From Actinomycetes bacterium (GTDB lineage Bacteria > Actinomycetota > Acidimicrobiia > Acidimicrobiales > Aldehydirespiratoraceae): a stretch of DNA of 64,000 nucleotides. A program made the position numbers and the translations under genes. The stretch spans positions 3,484 through 67,483 of the forward strand of contig JAJRXC010000023.1 in the NCBI GenBank assembly GCA_024276495.1, in the 5' to 3' direction. Shown here piece by piece: positions 16,403-27,019 of this stretch. How positions within the stretch are numbered: the first letter of the stretch is position 1; every line of letters begins with the position of its first letter. The notes under the pieces were generated by a model. It had not been told where the DNA came from, made no database searches, and worked only from the letters and a program-made list of their open reading frames with translations.

Positions 16403-17764
16403 GTGAAGAGCTTCGACTTGATCATCATCGGCGCCGGCTCCGGCAACTCGATCATCGGGCCCGAGCACGACGACTGGGACATCGCCATCGTCGAACGCGG
16501 GCTGTTCGGCGGAACCTGCATGAATGTGGGCTGCATTCCCTCGAAGATGTTCGTCTACGCGGCCGAACTGGCCGAGTTGGCCCGACGCGGACCGGCGCTC
16601 GGTGTGCACACTCACGCCGACGGGGCCGACTGGGCGGCGATTCGTGATCGGGTGTTCGGCCGGATCGATCCGATCGCGGCCGGAGGTGAGGAGTATCGCA
16701 GGGGCCTCGACAACGTCACCGTCTTCGCCAACGACGCCCGTTTCGTCGGACCGCGGGAGCTTCGCGTCGGCGACGAGACGATCACGGCGGACAAGATCGT
16801 GATCGCGGCCGGAGCCCGGCCGTTCGTTCCGCCGATTCCCGGGTTGGTGGATGCCGGGTTCCACACGTCGGACACGATCATGAGGGTCGACGATCTTCCC
16901 CGGCGTCTGGCGGTGATCGGTGGTGGCTACATCGCGGCCGAGCTCGGCAATGTGATGGGCGCGTTCGGTTCCGAGGTGAGCTATCTCCTCCGCAGCGATC
17001 ACATGCTGCGGGGTCAGGATCACGACATCTCCGAGCGGTTCACCGACATCTACGCGGCCAAGCACGACGTGTGGTGTGGGGTCGGGATCACCCGGGTCGA
17101 TCGCGACGGCGACGAGTTCGTGATCCAGCTCGTGGATCGGGCCGGCGGCGACACCGAGGTGAGAGCCGACATGCTCCTCGTCGCGACCGGCCGGGTGCCC
17201 AACGCCGACGAGCTTGGCGTGCACGAGGCCGGGGTCGCGGTCGATGCCAACGGGTATGTCGTCACCGACTCGCGGATGCAGACCAGTGTCGAAGGGATCT
17301 GGGCGCTGGGCGACATCACCAATCCGGTGCAGCTCAAACATGTCGCCAACCACGAGGCGAAGGTGGTCGCGAACAACATCACGCATCCTGATCGTCCGAT
17401 CGAGGCCGACCATCGTTTCATTCCGTCGGCCGTGTTCGGTCATCCTCAGGTGGCGAGCGTCGGCCTCACCGAACAGGAGTGTCTCGAGGCCGGGCTCCCC
17501 CACCGGGCCCATGTGCAGGAGTTCGGCTCAGCGGCGTACGGCTGGGCGATGGAGGACACCGAGAGCATCTGCAAGCTGATCGTCGACACCGAGACGCGAC
17601 TCCTGTTGGGCGCGCACTTTCTCGGTCCGCAGGCGTCGACGCTGATCCAGCAGCTGGTGCAGGGGATAGTGTTCGGGTTGACGGTGGATCAGATGGCGAC
17701 GGGCCAGTACTACATCCACCCCGCCCTCCCCGAGGTTATCGAGCAGGCACTGCTCGAGTTGTGA
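16403..17764 (+). CDS. mtr: mycothione reductase (pyridine nucleotide-disulfide oxidoreductase)
   Basis: 453 aa; IIIGAGSGNS...GGTCMNVGCIPSKMFVYAAE closely parallels the mycobacterial Mtr N-terminus. Confidence 0.75.
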   Translation: MKSFDLIIIGAGSGNSIIGPEHDDWDIAIVERGLFGGTCMNVGCIPSKMFVYAAELAELARRGPALGVHTHADGADWAAIRDRVFGRIDPIAAGGEEYRRGLDNVTVFANDARFVGPRELRVGDETITADKIVIAAGARPFVPPIPGLVDAGFHTSDTIMRVDDLPRRLAVIGGGYIAAELGNVMGAFGSEVSYLLRSDHMLRGQDHDISERFTDIYAAKHDVWCGVGITRVDRDGDEFVIQLVDRAGGDTEVRADMLLVATGRVPNADELGVHEAGVAVDANGYVVTDSRMQTSVEGIWALGDITNPVQLKHVANHEAKVVANNITHPDRPIEADHRFIPSAVFGHPQVASVGLTEQECLEAGLPHRAHVQEFGSAAYGWAMEDTESICKLIVDTETRLLLGAHFLGPQASTLIQQLVQGIVFGLTVDQMATGQYYIHPALPEVIEQALLEL

Positions 17765-17796
17765 GACGGCAGGCACTGCTCGTGGGGTGATCTGCG

Positions 17797-19440
17797 TCAG
17801 AGGCCGGTGAGCTTCTCGGCGACCGATTTGGCCCATTGGTAGTCGGACTTGCCGTTGGGGCTCCTGACGAAGTCGTCGACCCGCAGGATGCGCTTCGGTG
17901 CCTTGTAGGCGGCGATGCGGGTGCGGGCGTGGGCGATGATGTCCTCGTCGGCGACGTCGCTGCCGGGTTCGATGGCGACGACGGCGTTGACGGATTGTCC
18001 CCAGCGGTCGTCGGGGAGTCCGACGACGTTGCAATCCAGCACCGAGGGATGGGTTTTGACGGCTTCTTCGACTTCCTCGGGGTAGATCTTCTCGCCTCCG
18101 GAGTTGATGCACACCGATCCGCGACCGAGGAGGGTGATGGTGCCGTCGGCTTCGACGCTCGCGTAGTCGCCGGGGATCGACCAGCGGATTCCGTCGATCG
18201 TCGGGAACGTCTCGTCGGTCTTGGCCGGATCCTTGTAGTAGCCGAGTGGGTTGGGTCCGCGGTTGGCGAGCCGGCCGATCTCTCCGGAGCCGGGTTCGAC
18301 CAGTCGTCCGTCGTCGGTGATCACCTGGGTGGTCGGGCCGAGCGAGAATCGTCCGGTGTCGGCGACGGTCTCGTTCTTGCGGGTGAGCTGCATCGCCTGG
18401 CCGACGGATTCGCTGGACCCGAGGCTGTCCAGCAGGGTCATCGGCTTGTGGTCGAGGAAGGCCATCTTCGATTCCTGGGACCACATGACCCCCGAGGAGA
18501 TGATCTGGAAGACGCTGCTCAGGTCGTGGGGCCGACCGGCGGCTTCGGCCCGGTCGAGGGCGTCGAGCATCGGTCGGGCGAACGCCTCTCCGACGATGGT
18601 CAGCATCGTCAACCGGTGGTGGGCGACGGTGGTCCAGAGCTCGTCGGGGTCGAAGCTGCGACTGGTGAGGGTGGCGACGAGGCCGGCGGTGGTCAGGGTG
18701 TGCAAGGCGTTGATTCCGGAGGTGCCGTGCATGAGGGGCGCGGCCGCGAGGAGGCGGGTGGTGCGGTTCCGGGCGTGGAGCTCGATCGCCGCGTCGACCG
18801 CTTCGGTTGCCGTGGTCGGGATGTCACGGTCGAGGACCCGGTAGTGGGCGACCATGTTGGCGATCATCTGGTCGTGGGGCCACATCACCGCTTTCGGGTT
18901 GCCGGTCGTGCCGCCGGTGTAGAGAAACCACAGGTCGTCGCCGCAACGGGGGATGCGGTCGGCGGGGTCGTGGGCCATGAGGTCGTCGTAGGCGACGGCG
19001 CCGTCGATGAGTTGGCCGCCGCCGACTTGGACCCACAGCCGCACGTCGGGGCAGCGTTGCCGCACGGTTTCGACGCGGTCGGCCAGGCTGGTGTCGAAGA
19101 AGAGCACCTTGGCGTCGGCGTTGTCGAGGAGATAGGCGAGCTCGTCGGCGAGATAGCGATAGTTGACGTTGCACGGGACGGCGCGCTGTTTGAACGCCGC
19201 GAACTGCGCCTCTTCGTATTCGAATCCATTGAAGAGGAACAACGCGACCTTGTCGTCGGCGCCGATGCCGGCGCCTTCGAGAGCGCCGGCCAGGCATGCG
19301 GCGCGATGTTCGAAGGTGGCCCAGTCGTGGGATCGGGTCCCGTGGGCGGTCGCGTCCTTGTCCGGCAGCGCGTCGGCGATGCCTTCCCAGATCGTGGCGA
19401 AGTTCACCGCATCGGTGCGCTGGTTGTCGGTCGCGGCCAT
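17797..19440 (-). CDS. AMP-dependent acyl-CoA synthetase/ligase
   Basis: Start MAATDNQRTD at 19440 inside track ORF 17797..19923; AMP-binding motifs YTGGTTGNPKAV, GYYKD, GDY...DGTITLLGR. Confidence 0.85.
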   Translation of the reverse strand: MAATDNQRTDAVNFATIWEGIADALPDKDATAHGTRSHDWATFEHRAACLAGALEGAGIGADDKVALFLFNGFEYEEAQFAAFKQRAVPCNVNYRYLADELAYLLDNADAKVLFFDTSLADRVETVRQRCPDVRLWVQVGGGQLIDGAVAYDDLMAHDPADRIPRCGDDLWFLYTGGTTGNPKAVMWPHDQMIANMVAHYRVLDRDIPTTATEAVDAAIELHARNRTTRLLAAAPLMHGTSGINALHTLTTAGLVATLTSRSFDPDELWTTVAHHRLTMLTIVGEAFARPMLDALDRAEAAGRPHDLSSVFQIISSGVMWSQESKMAFLDHKPMTLLDSLGSSESVGQAMQLTRKNETVADTGRFSLGPTTQVITDDGRLVEPGSGEIGRLANRGPNPLGYYKDPAKTDETFPTIDGIRWSIPGDYASVEADGTITLLGRGSVCINSGGEKIYPEEVEEAVKTHPSVLDCNVVGLPDDRWGQSVNAVVAIEPGSDVADEDIIAHARTRIAAYKAPKRILRVDDFVRSPNGKSDYQWAKSVAEKLTGL

Positions 19441-19464
19441 GGCACGGCAGCGTAGGCTGACCGG

Positions 19465-21207
19465 ATGCCAGCATCCACGTCCGAGTCGTGCACGGCGCCC
19501 GGTTCGCTGGGCCCTCGACAACGGGCATCCGATCTCGATCGGCTGCGCAACGAAGAGTTCGATGTGCTCGTCATCGGCGGCGGTGTGACCGGTGTCGGCT
19601 GCGCGCTCGACGCGGCGACGCGGGGCCTGTCGGTGGCTCTGGTCGAGCAGCGGGATCTGGCGAGCGGCACCTCGAGCCGATCGTCGAAGCTCATCCACGG
19701 CGGGCTCCGCTATCTCGAACAACGGGACTTCGCCCTCGTGCGGGAGGCGTTGCACGAACGCAGCGTCCTGACCCAGACGGTTTCGCCACACCTGATCCGT
19801 CCGGTCACGTTCCTGATTCCGCTGACCCACCGGATCTGGCAGCGGCTCTACTACGGGGCCGGGGTGTTCCTCTACGACCTTCTCGCCTGGATCGGCAAGA
19901 GCAAGCTTCCACGTCACCATCATCTGTCACGACGGGGGGCGTTGAAGTTGGTTCCGGGCCTGAAGCGATCGTCGTTGATCGGCGGCATCGTCTACTCCGA
20001 CGCGCAGGTCGACGACGCCCGACACACGCTCGCGGTGGCACGAACCGCGGCTCGGCACGGCGCCGCGGTCGTCACGAGCGTTCAGGTGACCGGGCTGATC
20101 TTCGACGAGGAGGCCGACCCGCGCACCGTGGTGGGGGCCGAGCTCACCGATCTGGAATCCGGCGACGCGCTGCGCTGCCGGGCGAAGAAGGTGGTCAATG
20201 CCACCGGGGTCTGGGTCGACGACATCCAGGACATGGCCGGCCCGGCCGGTCTCAGTGTCCGTGCCGCGAAGGGGGTTCACATCGTCGTCCCCCGCGACTG
20301 CATCGACAGCGACAGCGGCATCGTCCTTCGTACCCCGCGAAGTGTCCTGTTCATCATCCCGTGGGGTGCGCACTGGCTCATCGGCACGACCGACACGGAG
20401 TGGGATCTCGGAAGGGCCCACCCGGCCGCCTCGCAGGCCGACATCGACTACATCCTCGAGCACGCCAACGAGGCGCTCGAACGGCCCCTGACCGAAGACG
20501 ACATCGTCGGGGTCTACGCGGGGCTTCGGCCGTTGGTGAGCGGGGAGGCCGACGACACCGCGAAGCTGAGCCGCGAGCACGCGGTTGCCCAACCGGTCCC
20601 CGGTCTGATCTCGATCGCGGGCGGGAAGTACACCACCTACCGGGTGATGGCGGTCGACACGATCGACATGGTCGTCGAGGGTCTCGACCGGGCTGTGCCC
20701 GAGTCGTGCACCGAGCAGGTGACGCTGGTGGGCAGCCACGACTGGGACAGCTGGTCGAACCGGGCCGAGGAGTTGGCGGTGGCGCACGGTCTCGACCCAC
20801 AGCTGTGCACCCGACTTCTGTGGCGTCACGGCAGCCGGATCGTCGACGTCTTCGCGATCGCCGACGCCGACCCGGCGCTGTCGGTGGTGCTGCCGGGCGA
20901 TCTCTACATCGCCGCCGAGGTCGTTCACGCGGCCCGTCACGAGGGCGCGTTGCATCTCGAGGACGTGCTCGCCCGGCGCCTGCGGATCTCGATCGAAACG
21001 GAGGCCCGCGGGACCGATGTCGCCGAGGCCGCCGCCGACTTGATGGCCGCGGAGCTCGGGTGGACCGAAGCCAAGCGGGCCGACGAGGTGGCCGCGTGGT
21101 ATCGGCGGGTCGACGCCGAGCGGGCCGCCAACGACGCCCCCGACGATGCCGCGGCCTATGCCCTCCGTCAGGTCGCGGTCGATCCCCGCGGCATTCTCGA
21201 CGTCTGA
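19465..21207 (+). CDS. glpD: FAD-dependent glycerol-3-phosphate dehydrogenase
   Basis: 580 aa; DVLVIGGGVTGVGCALDAATRG...SSRSSKLIHGGLRYLEQ. Confidence 0.85.
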   Translation: MPASTSESCTAPGSLGPRQRASDLDRLRNEEFDVLVIGGGVTGVGCALDAATRGLSVALVEQRDLASGTSSRSSKLIHGGLRYLEQRDFALVREALHERSVLTQTVSPHLIRPVTFLIPLTHRIWQRLYYGAGVFLYDLLAWIGKSKLPRHHHLSRRGALKLVPGLKRSSLIGGIVYSDAQVDDARHTLAVARTAARHGAAVVTSVQVTGLIFDEEADPRTVVGAELTDLESGDALRCRAKKVVNATGVWVDDIQDMAGPAGLSVRAAKGVHIVVPRDCIDSDSGIVLRTPRSVLFIIPWGAHWLIGTTDTEWDLGRAHPAASQADIDYILEHANEALERPLTEDDIVGVYAGLRPLVSGEADDTAKLSREHAVAQPVPGLISIAGGKYTTYRVMAVDTIDMVVEGLDRAVPESCTEQVTLVGSHDWDSWSNRAEELAVAHGLDPQLCTRLLWRHGSRIVDVFAIADADPALSVVLPGDLYIAAEVVHAARHEGALHLEDVLARRLRISIETEARGTDVAEAAADLMAAELGWTEAKRADEVAAWYRRVDAERAANDAPDDAAAYALRQVAVDPRGILDV

Positions 21208-21265
21208 GCGGCACACCCCGCAATAGCACCGGGCCGACCCCTCCGGCCCCGTACACTTCGAGTCG

Positions 21266-22369
21266 ATGGCCAGCACGTTCGGCACCCTCTTTCGGGTCAC
21301 CACCTTCGGCGAGTCCCATGGGGGCGGCGTCGGGGTCGTGATCGACGGCTGCCCGCCGCGGCTGGCCCTCACCGTCGCGGACCTCCAGTCCGACCTGGAT
21401 CGTCGACGTCCGGGCCAGAGCCGTCTCGTCACCCAACGCGACGAATCCGACGAGGCGGAGATTCTCTCGGGGATGTTCGAGGGGTTCACGACCGGCACGC
21501 CGTTGGCCGTGCTGGTTCGCAACAACGATCACCGCAGTGGGGCCTACGACCATCTGAAAGACGTCTATCGCCCCTCTCATGCCGACTTCACCTACGACGC
21601 GAAGTACGGGTTCCGCAATTGGGCGGGAGGGGGCCGGGCCAGTGCCCGCGAGACGATCGGTCGGGTGGCTGCCGGGGCGGTCGCTCGCCGGTTGCTCGCC
21701 GAGGTCGCCGGGATCGAGGTGCTCGGCTGGGTCGACCGGGTGCACGACATCGACGCCTCCGTCGACGCGGGAGCGGTCACATTGGCCGACGTCGAAGCCG
21801 ACCCGACGCGTTGTCCGGATCGCACCGCGGCCGCGGCCATGACCGCCGCCATCGAGCAGGCCCGCCGCGATGGCGACTCGCTGGGGGGCGCGGTGCGCTG
21901 TGTCGCGCGGCGGGTCCCGGCCGGCCTCGGTGAGCCGGTGTTCGACAAGCTCGACGCGGATCTCGCCCGTGCCCTGATGTCGCTGCCGGCCGCCAAGGGT
22001 GTCGAGATCGGCAGTGGGTTCGCCGGCACCCGCATGACCGGTCTCTCCCACAATGATCCGTTCGAACCCGGCAACGACGGGCCCCGGACCACCACCAACC
22101 ACTCGGGCGGCATTCAGGGCGGCATCTCCAACGGAGAGGACATCACCTGTCGCGTGGCGTTCAAACCGACCGGCACGATCGCGAGCGAACAGCAGACGGT
22201 CACCCGGGACGGCGAGGCCACCACCCTCGCCGCCAAGGGCCGCCACGATCCGTGCGTCTTGCCGCGGGCGGTGCCGATGGTCGAGGCCATGATGTTGCTC
22301 ACGCTGGCCGACCACTGGCTGCGCCAGCGGGCCGTCGATGTGTTGCCCGTGTTCGACGAACGCCCCTGA
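21266..22369 (+). CDS. aroC: chorismate synthase
   Basis: 367 aa; [48 protein letters not shown]. Confidence 0.95.
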   Translation: MASTFGTLFRVTTFGESHGGGVGVVIDGCPPRLALTVADLQSDLDRRRPGQSRLVTQRDESDEAEILSGMFEGFTTGTPLAVLVRNNDHRSGAYDHLKDVYRPSHADFTYDAKYGFRNWAGGGRASARETIGRVAAGAVARRLLAEVAGIEVLGWVDRVHDIDASVDAGAVTLADVEADPTRCPDRTAAAAMTAAIEQARRDGDSLGGAVRCVARRVPAGLGEPVFDKLDADLARALMSLPAAKGVEIGSGFAGTRMTGLSHNDPFEPGNDGPRTTTNHSGGIQGGISNGEDITCRVAFKPTGTIASEQQTVTRDGEATTLAAKGRHDPCVLPRAVPMVEAMMLLTLADHWLRQRAVDVLPVFDERP

Positions 22370-22390
22370 ACCGCGGCACACTCACGCGCC

Positions 22391-23254
22391 ATGGAGTTCC
22401 AGCTCTTCCTTCCCCAGATGAGAATGACCGTGCCGACGATGGTCGAACGGGTGCAGACCGCGGTCGATGCCGGCTTCGACGGGGTCGCGCTCATGGACCA
22501 CATGGCACCCCCGATGGCCGAGGACCGGCCGATGTGGGACGCGATGGTCACGGCGAGTTGGCTCGGCGCCCACACCACCGGCACCGTCGGCCATCTCGTG
22601 TTGTGCGATGCGTTCCGTCATCCTGCGGTGCTGGCCCGCCAGGCGGTGACGCTCGACCACGCCACCGGCGGTCGGTTCGAGCTGGGCATCGGTTGGGGAA
22701 GCGTGCCCGGCGAGTTCGCGACCTTCGGGATCGGCGACGCGACACCCCGGGCCCGTGTCGATCGCCTGACCGAGACGCTCGAGGTCGTCACCGCGCTGTG
22801 GAGCGCAGAGACCGTCTCCTACGAGGGAGCCCACCACCATCTCGTCGATGCCCGTCAGGTGCCCGGCCCCGAACAGCGGATCCCGATCGTCATCGGCGGT
22901 GCCGGTCCCCGCACCCTCGATCTGGTGGCCCGGTTCGCCGACTGGTGGAACCTCCCGATCCACAAGCTCGACCGGTTCGACGAGTTGCGTGAGCGGGCCG
23001 GCGCGGCGCGGGCGTCGGTCCAGGAGCGGGTCACGCTGATTCCGGAGGGTGGCGACCGTGACGCGATCGTCGAGGTCGCGTTGCGTCGTTTCGGGTCCAC
23101 CGGCCACACGATCGGTGTTGCCGAGCAACTGGTCGAACATTTCGCCGGCCGAGCCGACACCGGTATCGACCGCGTCTACGTGTGGACGAGCGACTTCGCC
23201 GATCCCGACACCCTCACCGAGTTCGGCGAGACGGTCATCGGCCCACTGTCGTGA
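22391..23254 (+). CDS. LLM-class F420-dependent oxidoreductase
   Basis: 287 aa; LLM pattern (GFDGVALMDH, GRFELGIGWGS). Confidence 0.75.
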   Translation: MEFQLFLPQMRMTVPTMVERVQTAVDAGFDGVALMDHMAPPMAEDRPMWDAMVTASWLGAHTTGTVGHLVLCDAFRHPAVLARQAVTLDHATGGRFELGIGWGSVPGEFATFGIGDATPRARVDRLTETLEVVTALWSAETVSYEGAHHHLVDARQVPGPEQRIPIVIGGAGPRTLDLVARFADWWNLPIHKLDRFDELRERAGAARASVQERVTLIPEGGDRDAIVEVALRRFGSTGHTIGVAEQLVEHFAGRADTGIDRVYVWTSDFADPDTLTEFGETVIGPLS

Positions 23255-23266
23255 CGCCGACGGGTG

Positions 23267-24058
23267 TCATCGCCCGTTGTGGGAGAAGTGCTGGTAGTCG
23301 ACGGTAGAGATCCAGTCCCCGCCCCAGAACCAGCCGATCTCGGCGAACGCCGACGTGACGGCGTCTCCGGCCCGGATGAGACCGGGAACGTCGGCGGACC
23401 GATCGACATAGGGTTCCCCGCCGGGCGGATCGACGAGTGAACCCCGGACCCAGGGGTTCACCAACGGGTTGATGTCGATCGCGCCACCGAACGCGTGCTG
23501 GCTCCACACTCCGGGGCGGCCGTCGATCTCCCGACAGTTGAAGCCGGACGTGTTGTTGGCGGCCATCGACGCGTCGTCGTCGGCGCCGAACTCCGCGATC
23601 GGCCGCAGCGACTCGATGGGAAACCTCGCGTCGAAGAGCGCGGCGAAGACGCGCACCACCTTCTCGGCCTGATCGGCGTGCACGATCACGGCTCCGACGG
23701 CCGGGGCGCCCTGGTAGTCCCAGTAGGCGAGGTCGAGTCGTCGCAGGTCTTCCACCGGGACCGGACAGTCGGGTCGCCACGAGGTGCCGAGCTCCTGTTC
23801 GGTTATCGTCCCGATCAGGGCGGTGAACACCGGTATCGCCTCGGTGGTCGGTGGCGGGCCGGGGGTCGGCGGGGTCGTCGTCGGAATCGTTTGGTCCGGC
23901 GGCGGTGTCGGTCGGCGGCCGTTCTCGGCCACGGGCGCCGTCTCGGGGGGATCGGCGTCGCCGCCCGACTGCCGTGCGCATCCGGCCAGGAGCACGACCA
24001 ACGAGAACGGGATCAGCCAGGACGCGTGCACCGGGTCCAGTCTTGCACGCCGAAACAC
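23267..24058 (-). CDS. M15 family metallopeptidase (D-Ala-D-Ala carboxypeptidase-like) lipoprotein
   Basis: C-terminal SQHAFGGAIDINP and WGGDW...DYQHF motifs; lipobox LLAGC. I prefer the GTG at 24058 because the upstream part of track ORF 23267..24385 is P/S/R-rich shadow sequence. Confidence 0.7.
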   Translation of the reverse strand: MFRRARLDPVHASWLIPFSLVVLLAGCARQSGGDADPPETAPVAENGRRPTPPPDQTIPTTTPPTPGPPPTTEAIPVFTALIGTITEQELGTSWRPDCPVPVEDLRRLDLAYWDYQGAPAVGAVIVHADQAEKVVRVFAALFDARFPIESLRPIAEFGADDDASMAANNTSGFNCREIDGRPGVWSQHAFGGAIDINPLVNPWVRGSLVDPPGGEPYVDRSADVPGLIRAGDAVTSAFAEIGWFWGGDWISTVDYQHFSHNGR

Positions 24059-24128
24059 CGAACCGGTCCGTCCGACGGCCCGGGAGGTGGGCGGTCGGCG
24101 GACCGGTTCGTGGGGGGAGACGGAGGCT

Positions 24129-24353
24129 TCAGGCGGCCAGTTGGAGATCTTCGATGAGTCCGAACCGGGCGGCCAGCGCGGCGGCTTCGAGCTCGAGCTC
24201 CGCGGCCCGGCGACGATAGGTCGTGGAGAGCGGGCTGGTGATCTCACTCGCGGTGTGACGCAGGTCGGCGGCCTTCGAACGCAGGAGGGCGACGTCGAGC
24301 AGGGCGCGGCCGTCGACGGAGGCGTGAGCGACAGTGGATGAGGTGGTGGACAT
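24129..24353 (-). CDS. hypothetical small helical protein (74 aa)
   Basis: Protein-like composition (unlike the overlapping frames); GAGGGA-like RBS before the ATG; no recognisable family. Confidence 0.35.
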   Translation of the reverse strand: MSTTSSTVAHASVDGRALLDVALLRSKAADLRHTASEITSPLSTTYRRRAAELELEAAALAARFGLIEDLQLAA

Positions 24354-24443
24354 GGGGTCCCTCGTGGTTTGCGGAGCTTCACCACCTACAACCGGACGCC
24401 TGCGGCCGGTGTTCCCGTCGAGAGGATGACTGTGGTCACATGT

Positions 24444-25511
24444 TCAGACGAAGGGTGGCGAGGTGACCACTGCCGGTACGGGGGTTCCCCGCATGTCGAT
24501 CGTGACCCCGGTGCCGGGTGCCGTGCCGGGTGGAAGAAAGGCGAGCGCGATGCCCTGGCCGAGCCCGGGCGAGAAGTTTCCGCTGGTCACCACACCGATC
24601 TCGTCGCCGTCTCGCGACACGACCTGGCCCTCCCGGGGTGGGCGTCGGCCGTCCACGACCAGGCCGGTGAGGACCCGGTGCGGTCCCCGCTCCTTTTCGG
24701 CCAACAGCGCGGCCCGGCCCCGAAAGTCGTCCTTGTCGAAGCGCACCACCCAACCGAGACCGGCCTGCAACGAGGTGATTCCCGGCCCCAACTCGTGGCC
24801 GTGCAGCGGCAGACCGGCTTCGAGGCGAAGGGTGTCGCGGGCGCCGAGCCCGGCGGGGGTGATCCCGGTCGAGCGCACCAGGTCCCACACCGGTTCGGCG
24901 CCATCGGCCGGCACGGCGATCTCCAGCCCGTCCTCTCCGGTGTAGCCGGTGCCGGCCACGACGACGGGAAAACCGGCAACCTCCGTCTCCATCACCCGGA
25001 ACCGACCGACCTCGGCGGCTTCGGGGGCGACCGTGGCGAACCGTTCCCGGGCGTTGGGGCCCTGCACGGCGAGCACCGCTCGGGTGGCGGTCACGTCGGT
25101 GATGTCCGGCGCGGCGGGACCGTCGGCCAGGGCCTTCTCGACCCGACTCGTGTTCGATGCGTTGGGCATGACGTCGAAACGGTCGTCGGCGATCCACCAC
25201 ACGATGATGTCGTCGAGGACCGAGGCATCGGACGGATCGAGGAGGTGGGTGTACTGGGCCCGGCCCGGACCGATCCGGTCGAGATCGTTCGTGAACGCCC
25301 ACTGCAGGGCGTCGAGTGCCCCCTCGCCGCTCACCCGGACCGTGCCGAGGTGAGAGACGTCGAACACGACCGCGTCGGATCGACACGCCGCATGTTCGGC
25401 GAGGGTGCCGTCGCCATAGGACAGCGGCATCTCCCAGCCACCGAAGGGAACCATCTTGGCCCCTGCGGCCAGATGGACATCGTGCAGGGGCGAGCGGCGG
25501 TCGTTCGGCAC
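24444..25511 (-). CDS. gcvT: glycine cleavage system aminomethyltransferase (T protein)
   Basis: 355 aa; SPLHDVHLAAGAKMVPFGGWEMPLSY...VFDVSHLG. Confidence 0.9.
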   Translation of the reverse strand: MPNDRRSPLHDVHLAAGAKMVPFGGWEMPLSYGDGTLAEHAACRSDAVVFDVSHLGTVRVSGEGALDALQWAFTNDLDRIGPGRAQYTHLLDPSDASVLDDIIVWWIADDRFDVMPNASNTSRVEKALADGPAAPDITDVTATRAVLAVQGPNARERFATVAPEAAEVGRFRVMETEVAGFPVVVAGTGYTGEDGLEIAVPADGAEPVWDLVRSTGITPAGLGARDTLRLEAGLPLHGHELGPGITSLQAGLGWVVRFDKDDFRGRAALLAEKERGPHRVLTGLVVDGRRPPREGQVVSRDGDEIGVVTSGNFSPGLGQGIALAFLPPGTAPGTGVTIDMRGTPVPAVVTSPPFV

Positions 25512-25546
25512 GGGAGAGGCCTCCGGGGACGTAGGTGGTTCGACGC

Positions 25547-25879
25547 TCAGGCGGCGTCAGCGAGACCGTACTTCGCGCCGAGCCGTTCGAGGTCCCGGCG
25601 ATACAGGATCTTCACGCGGACATCGGGCCGCTGGTCGGCGAGCATCCTGATCTTGCGGTGCTTGCGGGTGACGAGCGGCTGCCGCAGCGTCGTCAACTCC
25701 ACATAGGTGTCGAACGCGGGAAGGTAGAAGTCGGGGGTGAACGCACAGGTCGGGTTGCCGGCCGCGTCGCGGTCGAGCACGAAGGTCGTGGGCTCGTAGT
25801 GCCACTCGATGCCGTAGCTGTCGAACAGGTCGGCGACCTCTCGTTCGGAGGAGTGGGCGAAGTCGACCACGGGTTTCAA
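25547..25879 (-). CDS. conserved hypothetical protein
   Basis: 110 aa with protein-like composition; overlaps the upstream MerR gene stop by 4 nt; position matches small conserved genes in actinobacterial garA-gcv neighbourhoods. Confidence 0.6.
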   Translation of the reverse strand: MKPVVDFAHSSEREVADLFDSYGIEWHYEPTTFVLDRDAAGNPTCAFTPDFYLPAFDTYVELTTLRQPLVTRKHRKIRMLADQRPDVRVKILYRRDLERLGAKYGLADAA

Positions 25880-26343
25880 GCGTCGCCCACGGCCTTCGGG
25901 ACGTCGCGCACGGCGTCGGCCATGTCGGGGTAGAGCGACACGATCCGGGCGTCGACTTCATCTTTCACCCCGGCGAGCGGCAAGACGTTGAGCACTCCCT
26001 GGCCGTTTTGCAACAGATCGATGAGCTCCTCGCCGGTGTTGACCAGCACGGAGTTGGAGCCGTCGATGACGAGGTTCGCCGAGGCGACGTCTTCGCCGAG
26101 ATGGTTGCGCATGTAGGCGAAGACCTTGCGCACCTGTTCGAGGCGGATGCCCGAATCGAGGAGGCTCTTGATGACCTTGAGCTCGAGCAGGTCGCGATAG
26201 CTGTACTGGCGGCGACTGCCGGATCCCTTGGCGTCGGCCATGGACGGCCGCACCAGATCGGTTCGCGCCCAGTAGTCGAGCTGGCGGTATGTGATGTCGA
26301 CGATCTCGGCGGTGCGCTTCCCGCTGAATCCCTGTTCGCTCAT
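25876..26343 (-). CDS. MerR family transcriptional regulator
   Basis: 155 aa; N-terminal HTH (TAEIVDITYRQLDYWARTDLVRPS...RQYSYRDLLELKVIKSLL). Confidence 0.8.
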   Translation of the reverse strand: MSEQGFSGKRTAEIVDITYRQLDYWARTDLVRPSMADAKGSGSRRQYSYRDLLELKVIKSLLDSGIRLEQVRKVFAYMRNHLGEDVASANLVIDGSNSVLVNTGEELIDLLQNGQGVLNVLPLAGVKDEVDARIVSLYPDMADAVRDVPKAVGDA

Positions 26344-26440
26344 TCCACTCCCCGTTTCCGGTCCCCGTCCACGACGAGTCGTCGGGCGACACCGTCGAAA
26401 TTACGTCGTTGTGAGTGTGGATGACCCTACGACGTCCGCC

Positions 26441-26463
26441 CGCGCGGGTCAACGACCCGCGCG
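26441..26463 (-). terminator. GC-rich hairpin downstream of the bifunctional nuclease gene
   Basis: cgcgcgggtc-aac-gacccgcgcg: 10-bp stem, 50 nt after the stop at 26513. Confidence 0.4.
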
Positions 26464-26512
26464 AACAGGCGCGCGCTGCGCGCGAACACGAACGCGCGTC
26501 CGCGCCCCCCGA

Positions 26513-27010
26513 TCAGTCCTCGAAGTCTTCCGGCGTGATCGTGTCGAGGAACTCCTTGAACTCCTCGACCACCTCCTCGGATTGACCCGGATCGGCAACC
26601 GCCTCGGTCAACTCGTTGTAGCCGACGTCGTCGACCACCGAGTCGGCCGCGAAGATGGGTGTGCCGGTGCGCGCCGCCAAGGCGATCGCGTCGGACGGGC
26701 GACTCGACACGACATGGGCCTCCCCGTCGCGTCGCAGATGGATCTCGGCGAAGAACGTCTTGTCGTGTAGATCGCTCACGACCACCCGTTCGACGTCGAC
26801 CGCCAACTCTTCGAGAAGATCACGCATCAAATCGTGGGTCATCGGCCGCGGAGTCGTCACACCGTCGAGGGCCAGCGCGATCGCCGTCGCCTCGGGAGCC
26901 CCGATGTAGATCGGCACGGTGCGACCCTCGCCACCCCGCTCGCGCAGCAGGACCATCGGCGCGTTGGTCGGCATCTCCACCCTCACACCGATGAGCTCCA
27001 TCTCGTGCAT
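26513..27010 (-). CDS. bifunctional nuclease family (DUF151-type) protein
   Basis: 165 aa; LIGVRVEMPTNAPMVLLRE...VPIYIGAPEATAIALAL...RPMTHDL pattern. Confidence 0.75.
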   Translation of the reverse strand: MHEMELIGVRVEMPTNAPMVLLRERGGEGRTVPIYIGAPEATAIALALDGVTTPRPMTHDLMRDLLEELAVDVERVVVSDLHDKTFFAEIHLRRDGEAHVVSSRPSDAIALAARTGTPIFAADSVVDDVGYNELTEAVADPGQSEEVVEEFKEFLDTITPEDFED

Positions 27011-27019
27011 GGGACCACA

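Noticed and set aside
23267-24385. Full 372-aa version of the M15 peptidase ORF
   Set aside because: The N-terminal about 110 aa are Pro/Ser/Arg-rich and overlap a more protein-like 74-aa ORF in another frame. A GTG at 24058 gives a normal lipoprotein signal peptide.
25512-25546. Glycine riboswitch upstream of gcvT (and upstream of gcvH at 29414-29457)
   Set aside because: The intergenic gaps are only about 35 and 44 nt. That is far too short for a glycine riboswitch aptamer, and no conserved aptamer motifs are visible.
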